A DNA stretch of 64,000 nucleotides from Ruditapes philippinarum (Eukaryota). The translations under genes were made by a program, and so were the position numbers. Below the pieces are notes generated by a model. The model did not search any database. It had not been told where the DNA came from and saw nothing but the letters and a program-made list of their open reading frames with translations. This document shows, piece after piece, positions 1 to 57,712 of the stretch. The DNA lies in the NCBI RefSeq assembly GCF_026571515.1, contig NW_026852350.1, forward strand, positions 124,001 to 188,000. The letters run 5' to 3'. Within the stretch, counting starts at the first letter, position 1, and each line of letters opens with the position of its first letter.

Positions 1-493
1 AAAACACATACACAGAAAACCCACAATGAAAGATTAAATTTTTTTTTTACTTTCAGTAATAGTTTCTAAAATTTTAAACGTGTTAAATTGGTAAACATGC
101 ATTCTTTTAAATGATGTGGTAACAGATTTATTAAAGTTTTCTTTACAAAATCTGAAATCATACATCTTGAAAATGATTATTTTTCTTTCTACGTAATACA
201 GATCCCAAACAATCACCCAAACAAACGGTCATACACCTAGCACACAAAGTAAGGCACATGTTTTTGTTTTACATACAAACAGCATATTTTCCTTTTCAAC
301 ATTCATGTACATGAAATACCTATGTATAAAACTCGCGAAATATGATTACATTTCAGAGTTTATAATCAAGAGAAAGATTTGTACATTTTACGAATATTGT
401 CGATTTCGAAAACGCTTTTTAACATTAATTTCTTAAATGTAACAAGTTTATTTATAAATATTTTTTGTAAAAAGAATAGAAGATTTTCTTTAA

Positions 494-845
494 AGGCACA
501 TTACGCCTCAGAAACAAATAAGTATTTCCGCATAAAAGGCAGACATGAGTTTTATAATGTTCAAATAATGGTTTAAGGGTATGTCACATGCTTATCACTT
601 GAAGAAAGACGTGCTGAATATAAAACTATTTGTTATAAAAGTAACATAATGTTAACAAAGAAGTATTTAGACTTCTAAACAAATTAATAAATCGATATTA
701 CTTAAATTGCTAAAAAGCCACAGAAGGATTAAATGGCTCAGGTAATTGGCCAATATAGTTACTTTTTGGAGACTGTAACAGGACACGTTAAATTAAAAGC
801 TTTTGAGAACATAAAATAAAAGTATTTCTGAGGCATAATTGGCCT
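494..845. mobile_element. Non-autonomous TIR element, Kolobok-like
   Basis: TTAA|AGGCACATTACGCCTCAGAAA ... TTTCTGAGGCATAATTGGCCT|TTAA; TTAA target duplication and AG/CT termini. Confidence 0.7.
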
Positions 846-1897
846 TTAAGCAATAATGTTATTCATAAAACTAAAAAGTTTATATTAGATTGCTTTCTTG
901 CAAAATAAATTGTAGACTTAAAATGAGACATAAACTATTAAAAAGGACATTTTTAAAAAAGCAACACCGCCTTTTTATATACTGAATGGCATATAAATGA
1001 AAATGAACACATACTAACTGTGTGTTTTTTAAAACTACCCATGGGAGTGTAAATGTGAGTGGGAAGGTCTTCGACTACAAATAAATGTTAATGGGTTATT
1101 ATGCAGAGTGGCCTCCCTTGCTTCAAAACTTTACAAAATGAAATATTCGTAACGTTTATGGAACATATTTTCTACTGTGATAAAAATAAATACAAGTGAT
1201 ATATATACATGTTTAACATAACATTATGCATGACTGATTAATAAATGTAATGATTATGAAGATATGAAGCGAAAAGAAACTATATTAAAGACCACCCTTG
1301 CAAAAGCAAAACCTTTGCGTCTGTGAAAAAGAATTTTGAATTCACATGTGGAAATTCAACATTTGCGTTTAACATACAAATACAAATGACCTCAAAGGAC
1401 AGATGATTTCAATGTACAAGTGGTCGTAAATAACTGGTTCTATGCTGACATATACAAATTGCTAGCTTAAAATGAAACAATTTAACATATATTTTGTATT
1501 CTTTAAAGAAATACTTGCAAAAACATATTGAGACGTATAAAGTAACACAAACACAAATATTGGAATGAACACAGTCAAGAAAAGAACTTTATGACAACGA
1601 GAGAAAACATTTAGAATAAATCCAATACAAATGTGAAAACATGAAAAAGTCACGTGACAGAAAATACTTTTTATAATATAATTCAAACAACGAAAAATAC
1701 AAGTTATTGTCATTGACTTTTACTAAATTGTCATTACTGTAAATTAAACGTTTAAGTCAAAATAATACCTAAATGATATAGAATATCCATTAAAAGGGAT
1801 CATGTTAATGTAAATATAATACAACATGCACATCACGTGACATCACTACAGTGCCTGCAGTCTAACCAGACATTACTGTTGACTTCTCAATTTGGTG

Positions 1898-2075
1898 TTA
1901 ACATCCTAAATATATTAAATGGACTTGTCAATCTTTAAATCTGGACAAACCATTCATCATAAACAGGGAGATTTTCTATAAAATACATACTGACAGAATA
2001 GCGAACATTGCAGACCATAATCAGACGATACTGCGCATGCGTAAAATCAGTTGCCGCAAGTGGGCTATAGCTTAA
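1898..2075. mobile_element. Degenerate TTAA-bounded repeat sharing a core with the foldback MITE
   Basis: TAGCGAACATTGCAGACCATAATCAGAC resembles the MITE arm TAGCGAACAGCATGGATCCTGATCAGAC; TTAA at both ends. Confidence 0.4.
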
Positions 2076-2389
2076 TTAAAATTCTATTAAAATTTGGTCT
2101 GTAATGTCATACAAAATAAAAATTTCTTAAATACCTTTATTTAATCATCAAATAATTAAATTATCAAAATTAATCTTTCATTAATCAGCTGTATTTTCAC
2201 AATGTTAAATCACGTTTTAATATTGCAATAAGTTTAACAAGTTTGGAAATCGCACTGGATTTCTTTTATAATGTTGAAAACATTTGCCTTTTACAAATCT
2301 ATAAACACAGAAAATATAAAACTGCTAGGGAAGAGAAAGGATGAAAGACTTGGAATTCACAGAATATGAATTTGACCTTTGAGATCTAC

Positions 2390-2458
2390 TATTTACACTT
2401 ATTTACATTTTACAAACTCTATATAATCATGATATTCATCCTCAACTTTCTATTTACA
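2390..2458 (-). promoter_or_regulatory. Three Pumilio response elements (UGUAAAUA) in the putative 3' UTR
   Basis: Plus-strand TATTTACA at 2390-2397, 2400-2407 and 2451-2458. Confidence 0.55.
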
Positions 2459-2464
2459 TTTATT
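2459..2464 (-). terminator. Candidate proximal polyA signal AATAAA
   Basis: Plus-strand TTTATT about 470 nt after the stop; further candidates at 2136-2141, 447-452 and 127-132. Confidence 0.35.
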
Positions 2465-2936
2465 ACACAAAAACAATTACCATTGAAACAAAACAATTGG
2501 AAAATATCAAATTAGCCTTGAAACATATCTATTTATAAATTTCTATATTTAGAAGAGCAATTTATGGCAAACATGTAAAAATAATCATCAAAGATCAAAG
2601 ACCGGTTAACAACAAACTTATTAGCCGGTTTCTAAAATCATGTAATACAAATTTTAGCACTGTACAAACAGGTCAAGATATTCACCCAAATATTAAGCAT
2701 GTAAGCATATATTACACATGTACATGTATGTGTTTATACAATCTTTTTTAATTGCAGATGCTCATGTACTGGCTCTGCCACTTGGTCTGGCCATACCCTT
2801 AAGTTCTCGTGTTTTTTTTTTCATATCACTTGCTAGATTCTGAACACACTTTTACACTAGCGTTCCATGCCGTCTGCAATTTGCGCGCAGTCATTGCGTG
2901 TAATTAAGTAACTGTGTCACCCAAATCATTTGTATC

Positions 2937-45832
<42,896 letters not shown>

Positions 45833-45838
45833 TGTAAC

Positions 45839-45883
45839 TTAGCAACCTTTAATTCTATTTCGTCTGCACCAGTTCTTCCCCAT
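45839..45883 (-). promoter_or_regulatory. Upstream ORF (MGKNWCRRNRIKGC*) in the 5' UTR
   Basis: ATG 45883 to TAA 45839, inside the exon that starts at 45916 and in frame with main ATG 45832. Confidence 0.55.
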
Positions 45884-47499
45884 GTTTACTCTCGATAAGT
45901 TATTTGAAATATCCCTCTGGAATTTAGAAAAGACAATCTTAAAAAGAATTATACCTTGCGAAATGTTTTTTCCCTATCACAAATATAGCTATAATATTCA
46001 TTCAATTGTTCATTTTGTGTTTCGATTTTTTGAATCCCGTACATTGTAATATTCTCTCATACAAAGACTGTGATGCGGGAATGTTTGTAATTCTATATTC
46101 CGATCAAGTAATGTATCATACATTTTCTACAATCATTTTTAAAACTTCTTCTTTTTTCAAACTCATTAATTTTTATGTACATTAGTCCCCTTCTGTTAAC
46201 AACGTCTATTGAGAGTCCTTAAGAGACAGATAACTTGGGAATATGAATACAGCAATATTCATAAGTTTCACTATCACTTGCAAAGGCTTACGAAATCCAT
46301 GAAAGAGAAACAACACATTCTTGTTTAACTTTTGATGCACAAATACTTGGACGGGTAGCGCCCAAAACAACGCTTATAATGTTCAGCCTTATGCCTAAAT
46401 GAACATTAAACCATGCACCACTTCTCTAAACCAATGTTTAGCTATTTGATAAACATACACTTTGTACAATAAAGGTATAATTTTCCCCGTAAAAGAAACC
46501 AAAAAGCAATAAAGTATCCCTGACGTTACAAATTGTATTCTTACTTCAGATAAAAATCTTTAAACTTATTGCCTATACCCCTTTCATATAATTTATCTTT
46601 TTTAAACATACATGTGGCCAATAGCTGGCATTTGCTTTCTAATCTCTAAATTTCCGCGTGTTTTCATTTTATTTCCCGCACATTTCAAAAGCGTTGCTAG
46701 AAAATAAAAGCTTTATGACCAGCTAGTTGCTTAATGCGTTGGCAAAAAATCCACCGAGTTTAATCCCTGCTTTTCGCTCGATACTTTTTCTAAATTATGC
46801 ACCGTTTTAACAAAAATCCTTTTTGATACATGTAAGGTGTTTTTATGTTTTATATTAGTAAACTTTCAGAAGGTATTGTGCTTCATATATTTGCCATATT
46901 TCTGATTCGATAAATGTTTATTTGAGGAACTATACTTTTCTAAAAAAAACATATCTAACAAATATAAGGAATTTAACTTTGCTTTTCTTAAGACGAAAAC
47001 AGAAATAGTGCAGTTAGTTAAACCTTAACGTATTTGATGAAGACAAGTTTACATATGCAAACAATTATGTTATCCATTAATTTTATTTTACGTGCAATTA
47101 TTAAATATACGTTTTTCATTCTGCCGACAATATGATTAGTTATATACTGCCGAAAAATATGTTTAGTTGATTTGCCGCTGCTACATATATTTGATTTGAA
47201 AATACTACCATATTACTAACTGATAAAACACTAGACTAATCTTTTATTCATTGACGAACATTACTGATAGGAATTAAAATTACTTTGTTCATAAAAAAAA
47301 AAAGAAAAAAAAACACAAAAAACACGAGGATTTTTATATGATGACATTGTGCATGTATAATTGCCTTCTTGATGTATTTGAGTCTGAGATGACAACTAAC
47401 ATGATATTAATTTTCTGAAGCTTAGATAAATACACGCATCATTTGAAATGATAAAAGGTACATTTTCTCTGAAGATTAAACGTAATATTGGAGCTGAGA

Positions 47500-47567
47500 A
47501 GGGTTTGTGATCAATTTTAGGCAATTAATATCAGGGTTTGTGATAAATTTTAGGCAATTAATATCAG
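47500..47567. repeat. 33-bp tandem duplication
   Basis: AGGGTTTGTGAT(C/A)AATTTTAGGCAATTAATATC twice, one mismatch. Confidence 0.85.
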
Positions 47568-50500
47568 TTCAATTACTATGTTTACTTAACATACATGCTA
47601 TTTAAGTTTACTTCAATTGATTTGTATACCGTGATTTAGATTTAAGAAGAAAATATACATTAAATGACATAAGGCACACTTTATATGAACAATTTGTAAA
47701 ATATCATAATGAAAATGATCGTTACTATCCAAATAAAGATGTGAACTTTCTAATGATTCGTGTCTTGCAATGATGACTTTTTAAAAAAAAATACACAACT
47801 ACATAACTCTAAAGGTCCAGTTTAAACGAATACACTAAGTAAGAAACGAAAAAAAACTAAGTATATATAACACTTTTTAATTTCTAGTTTTATTGATATA
47901 CATAGATTTGACGAATACAATTTGATTCTATTTTCAGACGCTTGGCTCTCTAAAACATATAAACCTATAAATAAACAACTTCATTATATCAAAATAACTA
48001 TAAATTTAAAACATAATTGTGTGCTAGCATTGCTTCCATTGTTTTTAATTACACAATCAAAAGAGAGCTACATTATCGAACTTTGTAATTCAAGTACAAC
48101 AATTTGAAATGTACGATTTCTTATACATAAAAAAATAAAATCGTCTTGCGCAACGCATCCCATTTAATTTGAATTTATGCATCAATGAAAAAAATGGCAC
48201 TTTTGAAACGGCAGGAAAACTCTTTTTGAGGAAAGAAATCGGCTTAATTTGATGGTTTCAATTCATGATTCTATGACATTAATGTGTCAAAATGTATTAT
48301 TAATGTTCTTTTTAAAATGCAAGTTGTATTTCACCTGTGAGTTTTGAATTTGAAAGGGAATCTTCAATAGTGTATTAGAAAACGACTTAATTGTAAAACT
48401 TTGTTAAATTGAAGAGATTTGTTATTTGTCTGTTTCTGTCAACTGTAGATAGTCAAATCATTTATTGTTTCATATTTCTTCAAATAGATAAATTATATCA
48501 AAGCAGAGACCAGACGCATTGAAGAAAAGCAAACATTTTCATTAAAATATTCCTCATAATGTAATATTAAAACTGAAAAAAAAAGGAAATTAAAGGCGAT
48601 TTGCTGGTTACTTGTCCTTCACTATACTTCTTAACATGCAATACAATTTATTGGAGTAATTTCTCTTGATTAAAGCTGTGTTTAAGAATACAAGTTTCAT
48701 GGAACAAAAGCACAAATTTGATATTAAAGTGTACATCAAACGGAACGGATATCCATATAACTATGCCATAATCGTAAATGATTTCATATAAATAGCGTGT
48801 TTATGTATTCGAACGAGATACAATATAACGATTATCAATAGCTTGTCTAAAATTCTTTTATTGCTAATGTTACAAAAGTGGTGACATAGAAAATTATGAT
48901 GACACTAGCATGACTACGGCCTAAAATATCAGCAGTATGCCCATAGGACCCAAATCCTGGCGACAGAATGTCCAGTTGTTTCTTCATGTAACGGCATTTA
49001 CAAATGTAAAAACATTTTCTAAACATGGGAACAGCTATGCGGGTTATATTCATAAAAACACTTAAAAGACAACATGCTTTGAAATAATGTATAAAAGCAA
49101 ATCGTGCGTATGCAAAGCCTGTTTAACTGTAAATATAAGCTATTTCTCATCTGCAAATACAAGTTTGAATTGCTTTTCTTTATTTAAGAATGAGTACAAG
49201 TAGATGTTTAATAATTCAACATTTAACATATCTCGTAAATTATTACTGAGTTATATACATCACTAAACAAACACTTGAACATATTGTGCGATACTTCTTT
49301 TATGCATATCGCTTGTACTTACATTTCTGCAGCGAGTTTGGCGAATATGATTTGTTCAATAAATACTAGTTTGTGATATATCAATATAAATTTAAGAAAA
49401 TTACATTGGGCTTAGTCAAATGTTACTATGGTCAGGTTTCAACTAACTAACTTATACCCGACAACGAATTTGTAATGGTTATGATACTGCTATTGATTTC
49501 GGCTAAAGTTTTGTGTGCTTTTTGTTGTTGCTGATTTTTTATATTTTACAAAAAAAATACATATTAACATGGAATTAATACAGAAAATAATTCAAAATAA
49601 TCCACAAAAAAATGTAATCATATTTCATATTGTCTTTTAATGTTATTATACATGTACTCGTATTTTTAAACAAAACATTTAATAAAAAAAATATGATGAT
49701 GATTCATTTATAATTTTATTTGTATCTTTATTTTTTCTTATTTTTGGTGGCTTTTTTTCATATTTTTTTTATCTTTTTAATTTTATTTTATTACCAATAT
49801 TTTCTTGTCTTAACCCATAACAAAAAAAAATGAATTTTCAACAAGATTCATTAACATCACCCTGCGTCCATGGTTTTGTATAAATTTTGGCAAAAAGTAA
49901 TATTTCTTACTTAAAAATATCTCAATTTCATATAACGCTAAAATACAAATGTAATACATGATCTTGAGACGTAAATACAAAATACGAGTACTTTACATTG
50001 AATGAGTCCAAAGGTTTCTTTTCTTAACGCGTACAATCTTTTTTGTAATAATTAAACATTTAGTTTTGCAGGCTATAAGAATAATTCTTTCAAAAACCAC
50101 CGTTACATGTAACCCAACACAAGCATAAATATACAAAAACTTACTCCGTCCTTTTCACAATTTCGTTTTCTACCCAGACCAAACTAACCTAAAGAACAAA
50201 CTCCAAAATATCAAAATTAAGATTAATGTAATGTAAGGGAAGAAAAGTAAAAAACATCTTTGATGTAAAAACTCAGATCCACATGAAATGCCATTCATCG
50301 CATCTGCTAGAATATAAAATACACATGCAATAACAGCATGGTGTTCTCGCGTGCTTCAAAAGCTTCCAATGAAATTTATTCCGGTCCTTATTTCTGGGCA
50401 GCTTTCGCAGTAATCACTATTTTATTAATAATGAATATTTAGTGATGGGGATCTGCTCGTGGCATAAATGTTTTATATTCACGTGCAGAAGTTTTGAGAC

Positions 50501-50859
50501 ATTGGATGTTTAAATTAGCAATCTTTATATCAAATTGAATTAGTACCTACTAAGACTCAAAGAGAAACAATGATTAAACGTATATTGTGAATATTAAGAC
50601 AAAGTGTTATTTTTTTTTAAACTTGAGTAAACTCCTTATTTTATATATTTACCGAAATAAATGCATCCTTAATAAATGTAGAAAATTACATATGTATATA
50701 CATTTTTATATTATTAAGGATGTAATTCCTTCGATATCAAAGACTAATACATTTATATATTATTATGTACTTTTGTAATTATTATATCATTAATTAATAT
50801 TTTTAGAACCAGAGCCATTATCAATTTACTATCTTTCGAAACAAGCACGTTCTTATTAT

Positions 50860-50952
50860 ACCTCCAACTCCTTGGTTCCCACTCTTGACAGAATAAATGC
50901 ACGCAGTAAAGCTGGAAGTTCGCCATATGACCTTTACTATGTCGATGTGACA
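50860..50952 (+). mobile_element. SINE fragment, same family as 5041-5128
   Basis: GTAAAGCTGGAAGTTCGCCATATGACC core. Confidence 0.55.
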
Positions 50953-52052
50953 TAGAAGCCAGCTAATCAAATCCTTGTTACATAACCAATATATGAATTA
51001 TTTGTCAAACTTTATAATTATATTAGCTTCAATATTTAAAATAATTTATTGACAAATAATTGAAAGTTTCTTAGAATTCTCACAATCAATATTAACTAAA
51101 CTAAACTCAAATGTTTTGAATGTTTATATGTTTATTTAAAAAGATGAATTTGTTTATAATTTAACAAAAACCTTTGCATTTGAAGGTTCATTAACGCTGA
51201 CTTTGCAAGTGAGAAGTATTTGTTATCACATAAAAATGAATAGCTTTAATCTACTATATAATGGACGTCACTTCACAACAAAACTATAAGCATGTTCTAC
51301 ATAATTAAATGTACAAGAATTGCTTCTCCTCGCAACTCAAAAACCTTCAAAAAATGTTAAAAAAGTCCAAATCTAGATACAGCTGAAACGGTGTACTCTG
51401 AACTAAAGTTACATTTTGTACGCACACGTACTTCTATCCGGACTTAATAAAGCTCCCAAACGCTCCGGAAAATTTGCGAATTTTAGATTACAAAATCAAT
51501 TACTTGATAAGCAGGCTAATGTGTGTGAACATCATTTCTCCACCCACTTCAAGTCAAATATCTCTAAGAATTACTCCGATAGCGAAACAGTCGCAGAAAA
51601 GCCTTCTGTTACCAAAGATAAAATTGCGTGAAAAAAAAGTATTTCTATTTAGACATGTTTGTAAATGCATTACAAAATATAATGTTTTAAGGCAAACAAA
51701 AATGTTCTCACTTAATGATTTTTTAGATTCTTATTAAAACATTAAAACATTAACCTCTTTGTTAAGACTTCTATCACATTTTGTACGTTTTAAATTTACG
51801 TTATTTTAGTTTCCGAATGACATGATGAAAAACAATGTATTACAAAAAAGGGCAAACTTATATATGTGAAATGCTAAGGCATGCGTTACATGTTTCAGTC
51901 CAGTAACCTTGTATTACACCGATTGATAAAAATAAAATCCAATAACCAATGTACTCTTAAGCACACACGCGAACTTTGGCAACTCACATATTTTTTTTAA
52001 ACATAAATAAGATATGCTTCTCTTGACTTCATGAATTCAACTGAAAAAAGTA

Positions 52053-52120
52053 TAGATATGTAAATTTTCCTCCGCGTCAATTGAGAACCGTGTAGATATG
52101 CAAATTTTCCTCCGCATCAA
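52053..52120. repeat. 28-bp direct repeat, period 40
   Basis: TAGATATG(T/C)AAATTTTCCTCCGC(G/A)TCAA twice. Confidence 0.8.
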
Positions 52121-55100
52121 ATAACATTTCAATTGCGAGAATAGTTAATTCACGTATTAACATTTCGTTTTCTTCTAATTACACATATACGTTTTCTACC
52201 TTCATTTAGAAACCGTTTAATAACCATTTCCCCTATTTTTAATCGGTTTACCATTGATTTTTCCCGAGAGTATTGCGCTATTACGTATGTAGGTTAGCTT
52301 ACATAGACTTATTATAAGACGTAAATAAAAACCTTAGCAAAAAATAGAAACGGATTCCTGAAGCGGATTTAGTGCTGTTTTCCAAACAAAAAGCCTCTAT
52401 TAAGCGTGCAGAACGAAGTTTCTTTTCTTTGTAAGAATTTCATACTTGCCTATAGCAAAATGTTCATATTTTTGCTTTAAAATAAATATATCACATATAA
52501 CTATAAAAACGATGACAATTTGTCGCCAGTTAATTGAAAATAATATACATGTATTGCTATCATTCCGGCGAAATATTACAAATCATATAAATGCATAAAT
52601 ACACCTAAAATGCCATGTATGTTTATGTCTATCACACATTCTTACTATTTCAACTAGTTTCTTACTATTGAAGAAAACAATGTCTTTGAATTCCGCAAGT
52701 AGTAACAGAACTGATAATATATTTTTATTTTAACGTTAGTTTACATGTAAATCTTTTCTCCAAAATTCACTAAAACTACCCTAAGTTAGCTTGTTCCCAT
52801 TAATCTAAATATATCCAGTGTCCTTTTTTGTAAAATAGAAATTCGAATATTGATAAAATTTATCATTGCAAAAACTAATATGCACAAGATAGCATGTCCT
52901 TTTTTATTTTATGTTTGTTCAATTGATAACCTCCTTTTAAAATCATATTTACATTATCTAGACGTAAAGGATGAAGTTAATGTAAATGAACGTGTTATCT
53001 TAATATCACGGTCCAATCCAAACACAGAAATGAGCACAAAAAGACCATACGATGGAAATGCCTATGGCTTGATTTTTTTTTCACAGAGGAACGTACATTT
53101 AATTTAGTACGCGCTGGAACAGAGAATGGATAAACATTATTATTCTGATGATTTAGGAAACGAGTGTCTACAATTTGTATCATATATAAAACATACTATT
53201 TTTACAGGTTTTCTCTTTCCATAGATTAAAAGTGCATAAAGCTTTGTCTGATGAAATATTTTTTATAAAATTTCATAAAAATAAAAATTGTGTTGTTTTC
53301 ATGAGCTATTTCCAGTAGGTTTGACGACGATTTCACGCATTTCCCACACGCTTTCGATAAAGTATACTGACAAATTTCTTTCAGTCTTGATTTTATTGTG
53401 TAATTATTTTAATCACAACCTACACAATAATTTTACAATCAACAGAAAGGAAATATACAGCTTTTTTCTCCTTAATTTGTTTGTGTGGTTTATATTCTTC
53501 TAACAAACAGGTTGGTTATTTTTGAGTAATGTTCGCTTATTATAGTAAAATAGCTGATGACAATGTGTAAATTTTTTTTGTATGATCTTTTTTATACAAT
53601 AATCAAATTAAGATCCAAATTAATTCTAGTCCTATAAAGAATGTATATGTTTCATTTTCGATCTTTCTTCATTGACCAAACGATAAATAAATATTTCAAA
53701 CACGCGCTCAAATAAACATTTAAATTAAATTGTTCAGTATTCAGATTAGAAATTAAAAGAACAACTAATTATCACGATTTTGACATTATTATTCTTCATC
53801 AATCTCTTTGTCTTGATAAAATCCACATTGCTTATAGACGTTTTTAGAATGTTTGCCTCTGTTTATAGAAACAAGAACAACAAATTCAGCTGGTCGATAA
53901 TAATTTCGTCGTTTATTTGTTTTCAGGCGAATAGTTAAATACCGAGTAAGCATATTGCCTCATTAAGTTAAAGTGGCTTTGACAATAAATTAAAAATTAA
54001 ATTGAATTGTAAATTATATTAGTTTCGCGGTTTTATTGTTGAATAATAGTTTTATTTACATTAATTCGGCAGCCGACTGTAGAATGATAACGGATTTCGT
54101 TTAGTCATTATATTGGAAGGTGGAATACAGAATATTATGTACCAGCAAACACTTTCCAAGTGTCTGTTTGGCAAACAAACTGCAACTGCTATAGTTCTGT
54201 TCAGTATTTAGAAACGGAGAAGTCTGCAGTTCTACTTGGAATTATCTGTAAATAATGCACGGTTTTTAAGTAGTTTATATAAATAATCTTAAACAGAATG
54301 CAACATCGCAAAAACCAACACTTTCCTCATTAAATACAAAATGTGTCTATTGTAGATAATTTGTACAAGCAAAGCAGTGTTTAATCATAACTAAAAGTTT
54401 TTAGCATTGTCTATTCGCGGTGGCAAATCCAATGAGTAGAATATTCTTGAAACCTGTTTTGTCAGGTAAATGTTAGGAACTATATACCCGATTTAGCATT
54501 AATTTATTATCTCTATAGATTGAGTCGCTTATTATGCACGAAGTCAACTGACTTAAAAACATTAATTTGCTATTGATTAGTAGGCTGAGTTGGGTAAAAG
54601 ATATGGTGAAACATTGTAATGAAAAATCTATATAAACAGAATATATAATCACAAATATGATAATTTTCCGGGGATCTTTAATAGAAAAACCATGTATCTT
54701 TTGTTACAAGCTGTATAAGCTAATGTTCTAAAACATTATTCAACTTACATTTCGCTCCGAGTACTAACACATGCGACGCGTACAACATAGCCATGGAGAT
54801 CTAAACGAAAAGGTACACACCGTGGATAGATTCTCGAGATGCCCTGTATTAGTTTCCTCTTAATACTCCTAGAACCATTAATCACTGTCAGGAAATTATC
54901 ATTTCGACATTTAATGTATTATCCAACACTACACGAACCTAAATATCCAAGCTGAGTTAATTTATGAAACTATGCATAACATGGGAGGTCTTTCAAACCA
55001 GTGATTTTATCTCAGTTTATTTCGAACGTTGTAATTAAAGGCATAAATCGTATTCATCGGAAGGTTTTCATTCTCGACGCCAGCTCTCCAAAACTAAAAA

Positions 55101-57477
55101 GCAGATTTTATATTTATGCAGAAATGCATGTTATGAAGGGTAGAAGCTTTTGATAGTAAATTCGTTCCTGCTTTTTTGTGTTACTAAGTTCAAACTATAC
55201 GCGTTTTCTTTTTGCAAATCAATATAATTATGCATTGACCTAACTTTGGCAATATTCATACATTTGGCACTTTCCATGAATTACAAAAAAAACCCCTGAA
55301 CAATTTATATAAACTAACAAACATAATACGGTGGAAATATGAACATGTACTAGAAGAAAAAAAAAAAGAAATTTAAGTTCGTTTTAAACAAATTGCTGTA
55401 CAAAAAACAAACATTACATGAAACAAATGAATAGTTTATCAAAAGGTCAGAATGTAGAATGTTAATAATACATTTTCATTTCATATTGTGAACACATGTT
55501 CAGAAATAATGATAAACGAGTATAATTTGATCATATCTCATTTTATAGTTGGTTATTATTGCTTGATAGGAGTACACATTTTAAACTACATGTATTTTCT
55601 AATCTAACTTTTGTCATACGAAATAAAAAGGGCCTTCATCTATGAATCTATCAAAAAGTGTTGTCCCTAGTGAATTTATGTCACCCTATCAAAAAGAGTT
55701 AGATAATATTTTCATAAAAACACGTAATTATTTTCCGGCTTTAGAGATTTTTTTATAATACGTATGATATGGCTGTAGTGAGCGTCTAAAAAGGTCTGTT
55801 TTTCCATTTTTGCAGGCATTCTGCTAGGCGTAATTGACAGATTAACTGCTAAAGTTATTACTTTACCATTGACATGATGCGCTGGGAAGAGAATCGAAAG
55901 CAGCGTACAATTCTGTAAATTACTTCTCGCAAGCATTCGTATAACATTGGAAGGGAATAAATTCTGTAACGGTAAATCCGGCTTCAATCAATTAAGATTG
56001 TCAATATATGGAAATTTTCCTTTGAATTATTGTTGACCCAATATTTCTAAAATGAATTTATACGAATGTTTGATTACTCATGTTGTTTTAGCAATATTTT
56101 GTAATGATTCTAAGCGGCGGTTGTTACCGATTTGTATCACTTGCAAAACATGTAATTACAAGATTTGTGCACTTGTTCACAAAGTGCACATTAGCGGAAC
56201 TGTGTAAACGATTTATTTAATATAGGAACTAATAGTATAATTCGATTGAGATGTCCTCGTAATGAATTAAAATTCAACTTGTATAATTGCTGACAAGACA
56301 TGCATCAATAAAACATAATTGAAAGTCTATTTTAAAAAAGGACATAATAATGAAAAGCAGGCATTGCAGAGCATTTACAATTTTATGATATGGTAAAACT
56401 TTTAAAAAGTGCATACACAATAATTACGCGTCTTTCATTTCTATGCTCTGAGAATAAAATATAAATAACAATCTAAGCCAAATTGTTCTCTCGTCCATAA
56501 GGATTGGTTTTATGAATTAGAAAGCCATCGAGACTTCAATTAGAGTAACTTTCATAAGCAAATTCAGCTTATCAAATTGTTTGTGTGACCTTCTTGGCAT
56601 CTATGTTTAAATATAATTCGTAATAACATAACATATAAATAGCGTTGAAAAATGACTTCTTTGTATGTCCTTTTATGTGATTTTTGCAAAAATCAGCAGC
56701 ATCATAGCCTTTGCGTCGTATGAGTTTGCTTGTATGAATGGTGGGGAACATTTACATGAACGACCGATCAAAAAGACAGATTATTTTTATGGAACAAAAA
56801 TATATTTCATTATTTTTTTTCCTGTCTCAACTGCTCAATTTTATTACGTGTGGGTGATATAGTGCTAGCAAAAAATGGGGTATTATCTTGAGTTATGTAT
56901 ATTTAATGTTTACCATAGACTAATATCTTCTTTTTGTATTTCAGCATCAGTATTTAAAAGGCCGTTCAAGCAAATAAAGAACTTTGATTGGTGGAAACAG
57001 AGAGATAATTTTTCCATTAGCTTTATAGATTGCAAGGGAAAAAAAGACTACAGGTCGTAATTACAACGAGCATATGCAGTTGCGTACATGAACGCGAGCC
57101 TTTTGCACATGCATTATCTGTGAAAAATCTTGAAGTACTACTCGCCATTTTGTGAAACATCGGTTTCATTAAAGCGACATTTAATCAAAATTTTAAATTA
57201 GCTGCAGTTAAAGTGATCTGAAGAAATAAAAATGATACACTTATGCAAAACACTACGTTGAAAATATTGAAAATGCTACGTCATATTGATATGGTTGCAT
57301 ATATGTTTTACAAAATATGTAATAAAAATATAAGCTTTAAAAATATCATAATTCCTTTTTTCATTGTTTTCTTTTCTCTTTCCTTTCTTTTCCTGATTAT
57401 AAGGTATAAATGATATCAATAGTGTTTTATGTTGTAAAAAATACATAATATTATTTCTTACAGACATTTCTTTATAT

Positions 57478-57712
57478 GAGCCGCGTCACTACAAAACCAA
57501 CATAATGGGTTTGCGACCAGCATGGATCCAGACCAGCATGCGCATACGCGCAGTCTGATCAGGATCCATGCTGTTCGCTTACAAACCCTATAACAAGTAG
57601 AGAAACTGATAGCGAACAGCATGGATCCTGATCAGACTGCGCGGATGCGCAGGCTGGTCTGGATCCATGCTGGTCGCAAACGCACTATGTTGGTTTTGTC
57701 GTCACGCGGCTC
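57478..57712. mobile_element. Foldback MITE copy 3
   Basis: GAGCCGCG...CGCGGCTC ends; ATAT duplicated on both flanks. Confidence 0.9.
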
